Of a stretch of DNA of 64,000 nucleotides, positions 20,417-30,623 are shown piece by piece. The position numbers were made by a program, and so were the translations under genes. Source of the stretch: a virus (Duplodnaviria; Caudoviricetes); IMG/VR virus record IMGVR_UViG_3300028591_000073, positions 32,001-96,000 of that record; one strand, 5' to 3'. The notes under the pieces are model-generated. The model worked only from the letters and a program-made list of their open reading frames with translations, searched no databases and was not told the origin of the DNA. The number at the start of each line of letters is the position of its first letter. The stretch's first letter is position 1.

Positions 20417-20830
20417 TCATATTGACCTATCCAATATTGGAGTGAAGAAGTTTATTATCATACCATGTGTAATATCCAAACTATCAAATGGAATCGGTAG
20501 TATTTGTAGTATGGTATAATCATCTGTTATGATAAGCGAATGCTTTAATGGAAATTCAATTAAATCATGCAACATAGAAGAATACATGTTCTCTCGAGTA
20601 TCTGATTGATATACTTCATCAAATGGTTCATCAAATAATATGAAATCCGGATCATTGAATTCTTCAGCTGTCAATGACATTGTTGGGAATTTCCATTTGA
20701 ACAATTGTATGATGTGTGATGTAAATTGATTTAACACATCTTGGTCTAAGTGTAATGGAAGCCGTTTATAACTCAAGTAGTAGTAATATAACATCATTGC
20801 ACTTGTTTGTATTGCTTGATACAATATCAT
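20417..20830 (-). CDS. Hypothetical protein
   Basis: GAGGGGGTG RBS, 137 aa. Confidence 0.65.
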   Translation of the reverse strand: MILYQAIQTSAMMLYYYYLSYKRLPLHLDQDVLNQFTSHIIQLFKWKFPTMSLTAEEFNDPDFILFDEPFDEVYQSDTRENMYSSMLHDLIEFPLKHSLIITDDYTILQILPIPFDSLDITHGMIINFFTPILDRSI

Positions 20831-20936
20831 TGTATCACCCCCTCAATTAAACAATATGTGTGTACAAGAAAAGAAAAAAGCAGAGAGGTCAATATACGAT
20901 AATTCATATACTCACCTCCCTGCTTTTCGCAGGGTT

Positions 20937-21071
20937 TCAGGTATCGTTATTCATCGCCTTAATGGTGTCGATACCCATCTTCCAAATTTCTTCGCTGGTA
21001 TAAATATATCCAGCATTGGAATTATTTGAGTCATTGATTTCTACTTCTTCAATTTCATCGATTTCAAACAT
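20937..21071 (-). CDS. Small acidic protein (44 aa), not in the ORF track
   Basis: AAAGGAGG RBS. Translation MFEIDEIEEVEINDSNNSNAGYIYTSEEIWKMGIDTIKAMNNDT. It has its own upstream promoter-like motif and a downstream hairpin. Confidence 0.7.
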   Translation of the reverse strand: MFEIDEIEEVEINDSNNSNAGYIYTSEEIWKMGIDTIKAMNNDT

Positions 21072-21147
21072 AGTAATTCCTCCTTTGGAATATCGCTCGG
21101 TTTCTTAAGACATGAGCTGGTCTTATAATAATATTATTGATATATTT

Positions 21148-21170
21148 CTATATCATATTAATTATATATA
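21148..21170 (-). promoter_or_regulatory. Putative phage early promoter (TATATATnATTAATATGATATAG)
   Basis: 22/23 identical to 55440-55462 and similar to 62930-62953. Each copy lies upstream of small non-structural genes. Confidence 0.6.
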
Positions 21171-21226
21171 GATACAAAATTAAAATAATAGAAGAGGGCC
21201 CATATGGGCCCTCACATTATATCATT

Positions 21227-22402
21227 TTAGAAATCGAGATCTCCCGTGTCAACCTTTGGTGGTTTGGGTTTCTCTTCCGTCGGTTTTTGTTCAGATGGGG
21301 AAGGTTCTGGCTTCGGCATTTCTTTTGGAACAGATGTTGTTGGCTTTGGAATAGAAGAAGTCGGACGTGTCGGTTCTGGTTTGGGAGCTGGTCTTGTATT
21401 CTCCTTTCTTTCAGAAGCCTTTCTTTCCGCTTCTTCTTTCATCTTCTGACGTTGTTCCATTCTTGCTTTATACATCTTTTCTTCCGCTTCTGCTTGTGCA
21501 CGAGAGTCATAATGCGCAAGCTTTGCTTGTAATGTTTTCATGGCAATGTTGTATTTCTTGAGGTTTCTCATATATCTACCTTCAATCGCTATATCTTTTC
21601 TTCCGGGAGAATTCTTATATTCTTCATAAGCTTCTTTTGTTGCATTATACATCTTCTGTGTATCTTCAAATCGATCTACCAAAGAATCATAACTTTTGGT
21701 CAAACGATGACTGATGAAGGAGATCGGATTCAATTCTTTTCGAGCACCGAAGATGAAATTGAAAATGTCACGGAAGAATGCGGTAATCGGTCCAAGTTCA
21801 TGTGCACGAGAGAATGTAGATAATGCAGTAACACCAGAGCCAATTGCGGAGAACAAAGCACCTTCCTGATGCATTTTGGGTTTGTTTCCATTTCTACGAA
21901 CAGCTTTGTTGTACTCTTCATCAACATTCTTATTGAATGCTTTAATGAAGGATTTTGTTAATGCACGTTGTTTTGCAGCTTGGTCAGGATGGTATACGAT
22001 ACCACTTTCTGTGGCTTCCGTTGCTGCATAGATACGTGACAAATCTCCCAATAACGTACGATAACCAAGTGTGAAGATTGTTGTAAATGCAGTATTCTGT
22101 TCATTCGGAGATTTCAGATATTCAGCAACCATCTTCTTGTACATGGGTTTGTGCAATGCATTAAACAGATTCTGGTAATCTGAAACATCTTGTTTTGGAA
22201 AACCTTTTAATGTGCTCAGATTTGCAACAGCAGATTCAATTCCATCATAGACAGGAGACTTGGTAATGTCTCCTGCCATCTTGTATTCGTCGGAACTTTT
22301 ATTCTTATAAATGTCATTTAATTCTTTCATCACATTTACAATTGCTTTTTGAATTTGATCATCTGACAGATTTCCTTTTAAATTGCTTTCAGGTTCTTTC
22401 AT
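21227..22402 (-). CDS. Putative virion protein
   Basis: AGGAGG RBS, internal HQE motif, coiled coil and P/K/E-rich tail. Last gene of the tail operon. Confidence 0.55.
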   Translation of the reverse strand: MKEPESNLKGNLSDDQIQKAIVNVMKELNDIYKNKSSDEYKMAGDITKSPVYDGIESAVANLSTLKGFPKQDVSDYQNLFNALHKPMYKKMVAEYLKSPNEQNTAFTTIFTLGYRTLLGDLSRIYAATEATESGIVYHPDQAAKQRALTKSFIKAFNKNVDEEYNKAVRRNGNKPKMHQEGALFSAIGSGVTALSTFSRAHELGPITAFFRDIFNFIFGARKELNPISFISHRLTKSYDSLVDRFEDTQKMYNATKEAYEEYKNSPGRKDIAIEGRYMRNLKKYNIAMKTLQAKLAHYDSRAQAEAEEKMYKARMEQRQKMKEEAERKASERKENTRPAPKPEPTRPTSSIPKPTTSVPKEMPKPEPSPSEQKPTEEKPKPPKVDTGDLDF

Positions 22403-22417
22403 AAATCAACCCTCCTA

Positions 22418-24028
22418 TTACTTAATCAATTTGAACAGGTCTCTTGTCTTAGAACCTGCAGTGGATAATTCAGCAAGTTGTTTTTCAACACTTGCGAGTG
22501 AGTGGATTTCCCAATCTTTATATAATTCAGGAATATAAAGTTTAATGGATTCTGCATCTTGGTCAATTACCACAAATGAAATGAGGAATAATTCATTACA
22601 CAATCTCTTTGCCAATGATGGTTTCAATACATCAAGTTTGGTTTGAGATTTAATATTTTCCACATCTCCATTTGTAATCATAATGGTTGCATTTGGAATC
22701 AGACCAGTTGTACCATTTCCAGATACAGATCCAGACACATTTGCATCACCTTTGGAATGTGCCAATTCATATAAACGACGATACCATTTCCGTTTTGGAT
22801 CCTTTGCATCAACAGCGGTTTGTTTTCTTTCTTTAATCTGGAATACGATATCTCTCATGAATTTCAATTCGCCAGCTTTCCATTTTGCACGACGAGCAAT
22901 TGCATTCATCTCTTTCAATGGGAACTTAACAACATCTGGCAAAGTAGATGGTTCAATCAAACGAGCATGACAGTGTACACCGATTACAAATTCACGTGGA
23001 TCATCTGGTTGACCTGGACGAGTAACCCTCATCTGAAGTTTCATCAATAAAGGTTTCATGGAATTCATCTTTCTCATGTCTTCCTCTTTCAATACTTCAG
23101 GAGAACGATTCATCATCTTCATACGATGTCCTTCTGTGTTCTCACGTTCATGTTTGTTGTAATTCTTCAAATCACGTGCAGCAATTTCAGCATCGGCAAC
23201 AGCTTTTTCGGAATCAGCTCTGTTCTTAAGACGACGACGGAATACGTCCCTGTTATACTGCTCAAAAGGAGTGTCCTGATGACGTCCAACAATGTTTCCA
23301 TGTGCATCATAATCCACACGATTTCCACGAGCATCTACATTTTGAATATCCTGACGGGCTTGTACGTTTCTTGCATTTGCAGCTGGAATAGGATTTTGAC
23401 CATTTCCTCCATTACCAGCTCCGGCACCTGCTCCGGCCCCGGCTCCTGCGCCAGCACCACCGCCTTCTTGGAAGAAGTCATCGAATTCAGATAATGCTTC
23501 ATAATTCATTTCTTGTAGAATACCTTCCGCATCTTCATCAGATACATCAATCATATCAAATACGAATTCTGCATCTTCCGTGTAGATTTCATTATGACAA
23601 GCATCATGTTGATATTCTGTGTCTGTTAATGCAACATATTCAACATACTTTGTGATGTTGGTATTGAACTTGGCTAATAGACCACCACATTCAACACTCT
23701 TTGCATCAACATATGGATTCTGAGATACCGCCATCTGTACATATGCCGCATACAATTGTTCCAATAACATTGTTGTTGCAGTCGCATAATCCAGAGGTAC
23801 ACTCTTGGAAATAAAAACTGGGAAATCAAAGGTGTTACGAGAAGCCATACCAATAATAGATTTGGTACTTTTCGCTTTCTTCACTCCCTTTTGAAATCTA
23901 CCAAGTGAAGATTTATATAAATCTTTTGTATTACCAATCGTATCCATGGTAGTCTCATAATCTTCATCACTCGGACCACCATTTCGTGATATCCAATCTT
24001 TGTATTCATCACGTGGCATATCAATCAT
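22418..24028 (-). CDS. Putative virion structural protein
   Basis: 536 aa with FFQE followed by a GA repeat. The FPVFIS N-terminal block resembles conserved jumbo-phage virion proteins. Confidence 0.55.
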   Translation of the reverse strand: MIDMPRDEYKDWISRNGGPSDEDYETTMDTIGNTKDLYKSSLGRFQKGVKKAKSTKSIIGMASRNTFDFPVFISKSVPLDYATATTMLLEQLYAAYVQMAVSQNPYVDAKSVECGGLLAKFNTNITKYVEYVALTDTEYQHDACHNEIYTEDAEFVFDMIDVSDEDAEGILQEMNYEALSEFDDFFQEGGGAGAGAGAGAGAGAGNGGNGQNPIPAANARNVQARQDIQNVDARGNRVDYDAHGNIVGRHQDTPFEQYNRDVFRRRLKNRADSEKAVADAEIAARDLKNYNKHERENTEGHRMKMMNRSPEVLKEEDMRKMNSMKPLLMKLQMRVTRPGQPDDPREFVIGVHCHARLIEPSTLPDVVKFPLKEMNAIARRAKWKAGELKFMRDIVFQIKERKQTAVDAKDPKRKWYRRLYELAHSKGDANVSGSVSGNGTTGLIPNATIMITNGDVENIKSQTKLDVLKPSLAKRLCNELFLISFVVIDQDAESIKLYIPELYKDWEIHSLASVEKQLAELSTAGSKTRDLFKLIK

Positions 24029-24605
24029 CCTTCTTTCTTAATTTCATAATATTCTTAATACATTCTGGAATTTTTGTCATATAAGTGATTGTGATTTCAT
24101 ATCGTGGTGTAGCTGAATAATACTTGTTGGAATTTAATTCAATCACCAATGAGTCATCTGCGAGAATACCTCGATGACCACGTTTCTTGTTCGGTTGTAT
24201 TTGATCCATCGCCGATTTACAGTAGTTATCAATATCACCTGTATGTGCCCACGGGCGAAGTATTTTCATCTCAGCCAATAACTTTTGTGCTTTTGAGAAA
24301 GATGTTGGTGTTTTTGCGTAGATATCAACATTCATCTTACATGGTGTATCAATCCATAGATCTCCAAGCTTGGGTAATACGTTCTTATTGAAAAAGGCAG
24401 CATTTTTGTATGCTCCTGGAACGTAAACTCGATATCCAGATAACCTGGGTCTTTGGGATGGCTTTGGTTCATTATTTACAACAATCTTTACCGTAGACCA
24501 ACCGATATGGCTCCAGTATCCAATGACAGTTGCAACATTATTCAGTATGGAATTAGAATATTCCTCTCGCATCTTCAATTCATTTTCATGATTTACATCA
24601 GACAC
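24021..24605 (-). CDS. rusA: RusA-family Holliday junction resolvase
   Basis: PKPSQRPR, DIDNYCKSAMD and ILADDSLV..KYY...PR motifs carrying the RusA catalytic Asp/Lys pattern. Confidence 0.85.
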   Translation of the reverse strand: MSDVNHENELKMREEYSNSILNNVATVIGYWSHIGWSTVKIVVNNEPKPSQRPRLSGYRVYVPGAYKNAAFFNKNVLPKLGDLWIDTPCKMNVDIYAKTPTSFSKAQKLLAEMKILRPWAHTGDIDNYCKSAMDQIQPNKKRGHRGILADDSLVIELNSNKYYSATPRYEITITYMTKIPECIKNIMKLRKKDD

Positions 24606-24623
24606 GAAATCACCTCCTCATAG

Positions 24624-25979
24624 TTAATTCGCATAGATTCGATAGTTAATCAGAATTTCCCAGTTTTGAGAAATCGGAATACTATTGAATGTATAATATG
24701 TGACCAGTTTGATTCTCTGTGCTTCATCCAATGTCAAGTTTACAGTATCAGCATCTTGTAATTTAGTCAAGAAATTATCTTCCACATACTGAATGGTGTC
24801 ATCCTGATTATAGAATGCTTGTGCACCGATATTACTATCAGCGGAAAATTCTTGTTGCAACAACTGATAATTCTCAACTGGATATTCATCAGATTCCAAA
24901 TCTTCTGCAGTAAAGTCAGGAATTGCTTCAATAAATGCTTGAATATTGCTTTGACTGATTGTAGATGCAAGTGGTCTTAGAATCGTTTTGATTTCGGTTG
25001 CTAATAACTTGAACATCTTATTTTGATTGGATGTTGGGGTTTTATTACCTTTTGCAGTATATACAATCTTCAAGAAATCATAAATCTTTTGATTGTAACA
25101 TGTTTCGATGATAGAACGTTCACCCAAAACAGTATCAAATGCAACCAACCCGAGTTCATTGATTTGTGCAGTACTGGTAACACCAGCATGCTTGAAGTAA
25201 TCTTGGCAATCCGTATCGGAAATGGATAATTTGCATTCCACATATGTCTCAATACGATTTGTCTTCCAAACAGTTGTATCTGTATCAGGACCAAGATAGT
25301 TCTGTGTAACTGGATCGACATAATCCCATCTCTGATCATCTACCCACCAAGAATGATAGATATGTGGGGTGGAATCAAACTTCTTAATGTATGCCGCCTT
25401 TACAATTTTACCAACATTCGCATCTTCATTACCAAAGTAACAACCAAGATATTTACCAGCGGTTGTTGTGTCGGTAGAGGTTGTTTCACGGAATGGAATC
25501 GGATTTCGAAGATTAATAAAGGAATAAGATGTATTCTTTGTGGTAACAGAATCTTCACCAGCACCACCATTACCAATCATAAATCCTTGACAGATATGAT
25601 TTACGGCGATATTATCTTCCATTCTGGTATATCCATCGATTGAACCAGATGCACTTCCTTCTGGTGTATCTTCACCGGGATTAACACCAATTTGCATTCT
25701 GTTATTCAAATCTGGAATTGCCAATGTGGTATCTCTTGTCAAATCATCTGTCACTTTACCGTGAGAACTGTCCAAGAACAAACCGAACATCTTCATCAAT
25801 ATCCATTGATACCCACCCAGTACGATCGTGTTCTCACTTTCATCCCAGAATGAAACTTCACCAGTTTCTTTGTTCTTACGATAAATCTGAATGACACCAC
25901 GAAGGCCATGTTTTTCTTCAGCTAATGACGATTTATCCTTGAATGACATTTGTTCATTTGCAATGTATTCTTTTTGCAT
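24624..25979 (-). CDS. Baseplate/tail structural protein
   Basis: ATG at 25979 with AGGAGG RBS. NTIVLGG, IGNGGAG, PIPFR, INELGL and terminal YRIY pattern resembling phage baseplate/tail-collar proteins. Confidence 0.6.
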   Translation of the reverse strand: MQKEYIANEQMSFKDKSSLAEEKHGLRGVIQIYRKNKETGEVSFWDESENTIVLGGYQWILMKMFGLFLDSSHGKVTDDLTRDTTLAIPDLNNRMQIGVNPGEDTPEGSASGSIDGYTRMEDNIAVNHICQGFMIGNGGAGEDSVTTKNTSYSFINLRNPIPFRETTSTDTTTAGKYLGCYFGNEDANVGKIVKAAYIKKFDSTPHIYHSWWVDDQRWDYVDPVTQNYLGPDTDTTVWKTNRIETYVECKLSISDTDCQDYFKHAGVTSTAQINELGLVAFDTVLGERSIIETCYNQKIYDFLKIVYTAKGNKTPTSNQNKMFKLLATEIKTILRPLASTISQSNIQAFIEAIPDFTAEDLESDEYPVENYQLLQQEFSADSNIGAQAFYNQDDTIQYVEDNFLTKLQDADTVNLTLDEAQRIKLVTYYTFNSIPISQNWEILINYRIYAN

Positions 25980-26007
25980 ATTTGCATTCCTCCTACAATA
26001 AATGTTA

Positions 26008-26901
26008 TTATGAAATATTGTAATCGCTGTCTTCATAAATGTTAGTTAAATCCCACTGACCATAGTCCCTTGATGCTGAATCATGAGTTCCTAGTAAATA
26101 AGAACCTTTTGTCCATCCATAACTATTTGCGAATATCGGGAATGATGTTTGGTCGCTCCACAAACATTTCAGTCGAATCTTCATCAAGCATTGATAAGTA
26201 GATGGTGTTGCACCCGGAAATGTTGATTTGGAATAATTCTGTTTGTTTGCACCAGCTTCTGTATATTGTGCACGTGTAACCATAAACAATGCATAAATCT
26301 TTTGTGGAGCGGTCAACTTCTCAATGGTACTTCCATTTTTTGTATAAGTGGTCAAACAAGGAAATCTGGTACCGTCTTCATAGATTCTTGTTGAACCAAC
26401 CGTCGTTCCATAGACCACATCGGAAAATGCAATTAATGAACCGGGTCTCGGGGTTACTCGAGATGCGGCATAAGAACCATCAGATTCTTTTGCTGCATAA
26501 AAGCGTTGTAAATTGATTTCTCGAACCAAATCATCTGCGGATTTTAAATCATCTGCAGTTGCAACAGATGGGTCTTTTGTACGAAGGATACGAACACGGT
26601 CTGGATCATCTGCATCATCAGAAGACCACAATCGTTTTGTTCGCAACATGCAAAATACATAACATCTCCCAACAACTCTGGCATTGCCATAAATGGTTCT
26701 TTCATCACCAGTTTCATTTGGTTTGGTGATCACACTCCATTCATCCGTACATTGGTCACTGAGTGTCTTCTGACCTTTTGCCCAAATCCCATTTTCAGAA
26801 CCTTTTAATTCTGTTGATTTAGAAGCATCCAATGCAACAGTGAGTTCACCATCATCGGTGATTTTGATTCCCTTTCCAGCTTCAATATCAATCGATGGCA
26901 T
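26008..26901 (-). CDS. Tail fibre-associated protein (MPxIE paralog 3)
   Basis: Starts MPSIDIEAGKGI. TAATG overlap with the upstream gene. Confidence 0.6.
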   Translation of the reverse strand: MPSIDIEAGKGIKITDDGELTVALDASKSTELKGSENGIWAKGQKTLSDQCTDEWSVITKPNETGDERTIYGNARVVGRCYVFCMLRTKRLWSSDDADDPDRVRILRTKDPSVATADDLKSADDLVREINLQRFYAAKESDGSYAASRVTPRPGSLIAFSDVVYGTTVGSTRIYEDGTRFPCLTTYTKNGSTIEKLTAPQKIYALFMVTRAQYTEAGANKQNYSKSTFPGATPSTYQCLMKIRLKCLWSDQTSFPIFANSYGWTKGSYLLGTHDSASRDYGQWDLTNIYEDSDYNIS

Positions 26902-27314
26902 TAACTCCACTCTCCTTTGTATGTTTCATTTTTGGCATAAGATTCCTTTGGCCAAAAAGTAACACTCAAATCATATCCATCATTTGTCATGAGTTCAGTA
27001 AACAGACCAATCAAATTAACACCGTCTCTACCTTCCACTCCAGTTGCTCCAGTTTCTTTCACGTCACCATTTGTATCGTTCCAGTTTGCCAAACGTGTAC
27101 ATGAGGAATCAGCGCCAATCTGTTCTAGATGGACATCATATTCTCCAATGACACCATTCAATGGTAGATAACCTGTTGCCTCTATCTCTTTTAATGTCAA
27201 TTCACCTTTATCATTAAATTCCAATCGATTTGCCGATCGTTTGGATAATTGTAATGACAAACCATCATCATTTGATACCAATGATGTATCTGTTGTAATT
27301 TCAATCACTGGCAT
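26901..27314 (-). CDS. Tail fibre-associated protein (MPxIE paralog 2)
   Basis: Starts MPVIEITTD. TAATG overlap with the upstream gene. Confidence 0.6.
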   Translation of the reverse strand: MPVIEITTDTSLVSNDDGLSLQLSKRSANRLEFNDKGELTLKEIEATGYLPLNGVIGEYDVHLEQIGADSSCTRLANWNDTNGDVKETGATGVEGRDGVNLIGLFTELMTNDGYDLSVTFWPKESYAKNETYKGEWS

Positions 27315-28066
27315 TACCAATCACCTGCAATTCCTAAAGAAGCCCAAGATACTGGCTTATTACCCGGCAACCCGATTAACTCATCAACACCTTCGGTTGA
27401 TTGTTTTAGTATGGGTTGTCCACAGATCGGACAAATCTTTGGTGCTTCATAATTATTTTCATTCACACTTGTTACTTCATTTCCTTCTGCTTCAGGATCA
27501 TATGCGGGATTATCAGTTTGATTATAATAATATTTTGGATTACCGTGTTCACAATATCCATCATATGGATAGATTAATTGACCACATCCAGAACATGTTC
27601 TTGTTATTGGACCTGGTGATACTTCCGTGATGATGAAGTATTCATATCTGTTTTCATCTACTTTGACACGGAAGAAATCTCCCGGTAATACCCAATCGAT
27701 TTCCGGACGAAATTTGTCTTCTTCATTTTTTCCAGATACTAAAGTTGGCACTCTGGTTGCTTCATCATCTGTATCAAACGTAGCATCCCAACAACGATGT
27801 GCTTGACAATCACAACAGATGTAGTTATCAAATTGATCATTATCTCCATTATAGTTTGCATCCCATGGACTCATATCTGTATTGATGTAATAATAATGGA
27901 GTTTCTTTTTCAATTTAATACCACCAGAACCATCAGAGGTGCTACCGTTCACATATAATCCATCTGCGTATACACATAAATCATTATTTGGTGTGACAGC
28001 ATCCAATTTTACTTGTAATTTAGAAGTGGACAAACCATCACCCGTATTCAATTCAATTAATGGCAT
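27314..28066 (-). CDS. Tail fibre-associated protein (MPxIE paralog 1) with Zn-ribbon-like Cys pairs
   Basis: GGAGGTG RBS. Starts MPLIELNTGDGL; contains CSGC and CPIC. Confidence 0.6.
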   Translation of the reverse strand: MPLIELNTGDGLSTSKLQVKLDAVTPNNDLCVYADGLYVNGSTSDGSGGIKLKKKLHYYYINTDMSPWDANYNGDNDQFDNYICCDCQAHRCWDATFDTDDEATRVPTLVSGKNEEDKFRPEIDWVLPGDFFRVKVDENRYEYFIITEVSPGPITRTCSGCGQLIYPYDGYCEHGNPKYYYNQTDNPAYDPEAEGNEVTSVNENNYEAPKICPICGQPILKQSTEGVDELIGLPGNKPVSWASLGIAGDW

Positions 28067-28079
28067 ATTAACACCTCCA

Positions 28080-30491
28080 TTATGCTGGTTTTATTTTTCC
28101 CTCGTAATCTGGATATTTTGTAACATACAACGTTTCAAGATCAGACGTTGTTAATCCAATACTCAATTCTGTTGCGGTTTTACCCAGTCTAGCTCCCAGA
28201 TGTAATAACATACCATAGCTAACAAAGTTTTCCACATAATCATTTTTATATAAAATGGATTTGCTATCGGATACCAATTTATCATAATCCAACCCATCCG
28301 TAGAATGGTACAATGTTGCAATTCTTGTTTTTAAATCAACAAATGTCATATCATCCAACACATGATTTTCATCAAAGATTCCACTATTTCGCAATTGTGA
28401 CATGGTAAATTGGAATAACAAAAGTTGTGGGAAATCCTCTTCAATATATTTTAAGCGTAAACCATCACCCAAACGGAATATGGTTTTTGTTTCCGAACCA
28501 TCCAGCAACTGATCTTCATGCATGATTTGATGTCGATTTGGATTGTTAACAATCTCATTCAGATATTGATAAGACCCATCTCCATATTGGAATTCAATAA
28601 TTCGATCAAATGAGGTATCCGCACCGAATGCACTATCTGCAATTTCAATACGTCCATAATCATCGAATGTCAAACCATTGCCGATACGCACATTCACTTT
28701 CCCTTGTGTATTGAAATCTTCACCATGTTCTGGTACTGCTGTTGGCATGATTTCCAAACCTTTCCCAACATTCACCATGAGTCCACCTGTAAAGGGTAAG
28801 TCAAATGGTGATGAAACATTTGCATCTTTCAATAATCGTTCACTATCGACTGTTTCATCTAGTCCTAAATCAGCCCATGTTAATGCTCCATGTTTATTGG
28901 CATCATATGCATCAATTACTTTTAATCCAGAGATGGGGATTAAAGTAATTGCAGTGTCACCACCATCTTCAACCTCATTTTTCCATTTCACAAGATTAAT
29001 ACCGATGAATGTTGGTTTGTTAAGATAACCCTCATGAGATTCCAATTGTGTTTGATCCAGATGGTATGGTGTATTTGCAAACCAGTTATCAATTCTAGAG
29101 GATGATAGTTCTGTTGATGCATTCTTTAATTCTGGTTTTAAACCATATTCATCATAAGAGTATGTCATTAATGATGCATCTGTCGGAATAAACAGTCCAC
29201 CTTGTCTGGTAGATGCGGTTGTATAAATTGTATGAATTCCTTCTGGAGTAAACTTCCAATTCATTTGTGAATTCGGGATAGACTTATTGTAATTACCATC
29301 ATTTGCCACATTTGCAATGTCATATTGTGTTGGTTTTGATAAAGCTTGAATGCCGGATGTATCGCCGATTGTATCCACTCTCAAAATACTGTCATTGATA
29401 TGTCGAATCGTGTTTGGTGTTTGATATACAGAATCTGTTGTCAAACCCCATGATGCTGCTTGCTTTATTGCAATAAGTCTTAACATCCAATTACCAGTGT
29501 TACTGGAATGACTCAAAATACCAACCAATGTATTATGATGAATCAATTCTGGTGTGATCGACAAAGAATCAATATTTTCAATTTGAGCAATATCATTTTC
29601 ACTATTTGTGATAATGATATATGCACTAGATATCCCATCTTCCAATAATTTAAAACCTGCTATATTGGAAATACTGTCATAATTTAATTTAAATAAAGAT
29701 TGACCTGTTGTCTTATTAATCACATTTCGATCATTAATTCTGACATATATATTTGGAGCTGATTCATCTCCATAATGATCATCTGTCAATAATAACCCAT
29801 CTAATGCATTATTTAAATTTGAAAAATCATAGATGGAATTAAAAGTATACAATAAATGTCCTGTTGTATTCCAGTCTACAGATAATCCATCATCTGCATT
29901 ATATAATACATTTGCTAATATAGCAGATATACCTACTTCCAATTTTCCATTTTGGTAAATGAGGCTTTGGTCTGTTTCACCAACTGTATTGATGGCTTTG
30001 TGTCCAGATATATACAATGCATCATTGTTTGTATCATATTTCAAATAACCAATCATACCACGATATTCGTTGTTTTCATCAATCGATTGTATATAGAACA
30101 ATACGTTGTCATAGATTGGGTCATTATGGTTCTCCATCCAATCATCCAATGATGCTTGTGTATCTGCCAATATGAGTCTCTTGTTTGCAAACATTTGGAC
30201 GATGGCATCATCTGTCCATTCTTTGATTTCTGCATAAGACACATTGTCTACATTTCCCAAACCAACATCAGATGCGTCCAATACAACAACACCTGTTCTA
30301 TTGTTAACAGAATTCACAACACGTGTGAGTTTGTCATTGATCATTTCTACAAGATAATCCAACTTGACATCCAACGATGCTCCAGTCACAGGATCTTCAA
30401 CAGATGTGGTATCTGTTTTTGGATAAATATCGGATAATACAACTTCTTGTCCAACAATCTCTTGTTCTTTTAATTGCACTTTCTTCTCCAT
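28080..30491 (-). CDS. Tail fibre protein
   Basis: VNSVNNRTGVVVLDASDVGLGNVDN fibre motif and GxGL shaft repeats. Confidence 0.7.
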   Translation of the reverse strand: MEKKVQLKEQEIVGQEVVLSDIYPKTDTTSVEDPVTGASLDVKLDYLVEMINDKLTRVVNSVNNRTGVVVLDASDVGLGNVDNVSYAEIKEWTDDAIVQMFANKRLILADTQASLDDWMENHNDPIYDNVLFYIQSIDENNEYRGMIGYLKYDTNNDALYISGHKAINTVGETDQSLIYQNGKLEVGISAILANVLYNADDGLSVDWNTTGHLLYTFNSIYDFSNLNNALDGLLLTDDHYGDESAPNIYVRINDRNVINKTTGQSLFKLNYDSISNIAGFKLLEDGISSAYIIITNSENDIAQIENIDSLSITPELIHHNTLVGILSHSSNTGNWMLRLIAIKQAASWGLTTDSVYQTPNTIRHINDSILRVDTIGDTSGIQALSKPTQYDIANVANDGNYNKSIPNSQMNWKFTPEGIHTIYTTASTRQGGLFIPTDASLMTYSYDEYGLKPELKNASTELSSSRIDNWFANTPYHLDQTQLESHEGYLNKPTFIGINLVKWKNEVEDGGDTAITLIPISGLKVIDAYDANKHGALTWADLGLDETVDSERLLKDANVSSPFDLPFTGGLMVNVGKGLEIMPTAVPEHGEDFNTQGKVNVRIGNGLTFDDYGRIEIADSAFGADTSFDRIIEFQYGDGSYQYLNEIVNNPNRHQIMHEDQLLDGSETKTIFRLGDGLRLKYIEEDFPQLLLFQFTMSQLRNSGIFDENHVLDDMTFVDLKTRIATLYHSTDGLDYDKLVSDSKSILYKNDYVENFVSYGMLLHLGARLGKTATELSIGLTTSDLETLYVTKYPDYEGKIKPA

Positions 30492-30525
30492 ATCATTCTC
30501 ATCTCCTTCTATTATATATGATATA

Positions 30526-30540
30526 AAAACGAAATCATAA
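30526..30540 (+). promoter_or_regulatory. Putative late promoter AAAACGnnnTCATAA
   Basis: The same motif lies on the minus strand at 48774-48788. Both copies precede structural genes. Confidence 0.45.
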
Positions 30541-30623
30541 GTTCGTCAACGTGCGAACACCTATGGTGCACGGACTTACATGTCCGTTCCACCTTTATAT
30601 ATTACACTTAAGGAGGAATTCAC

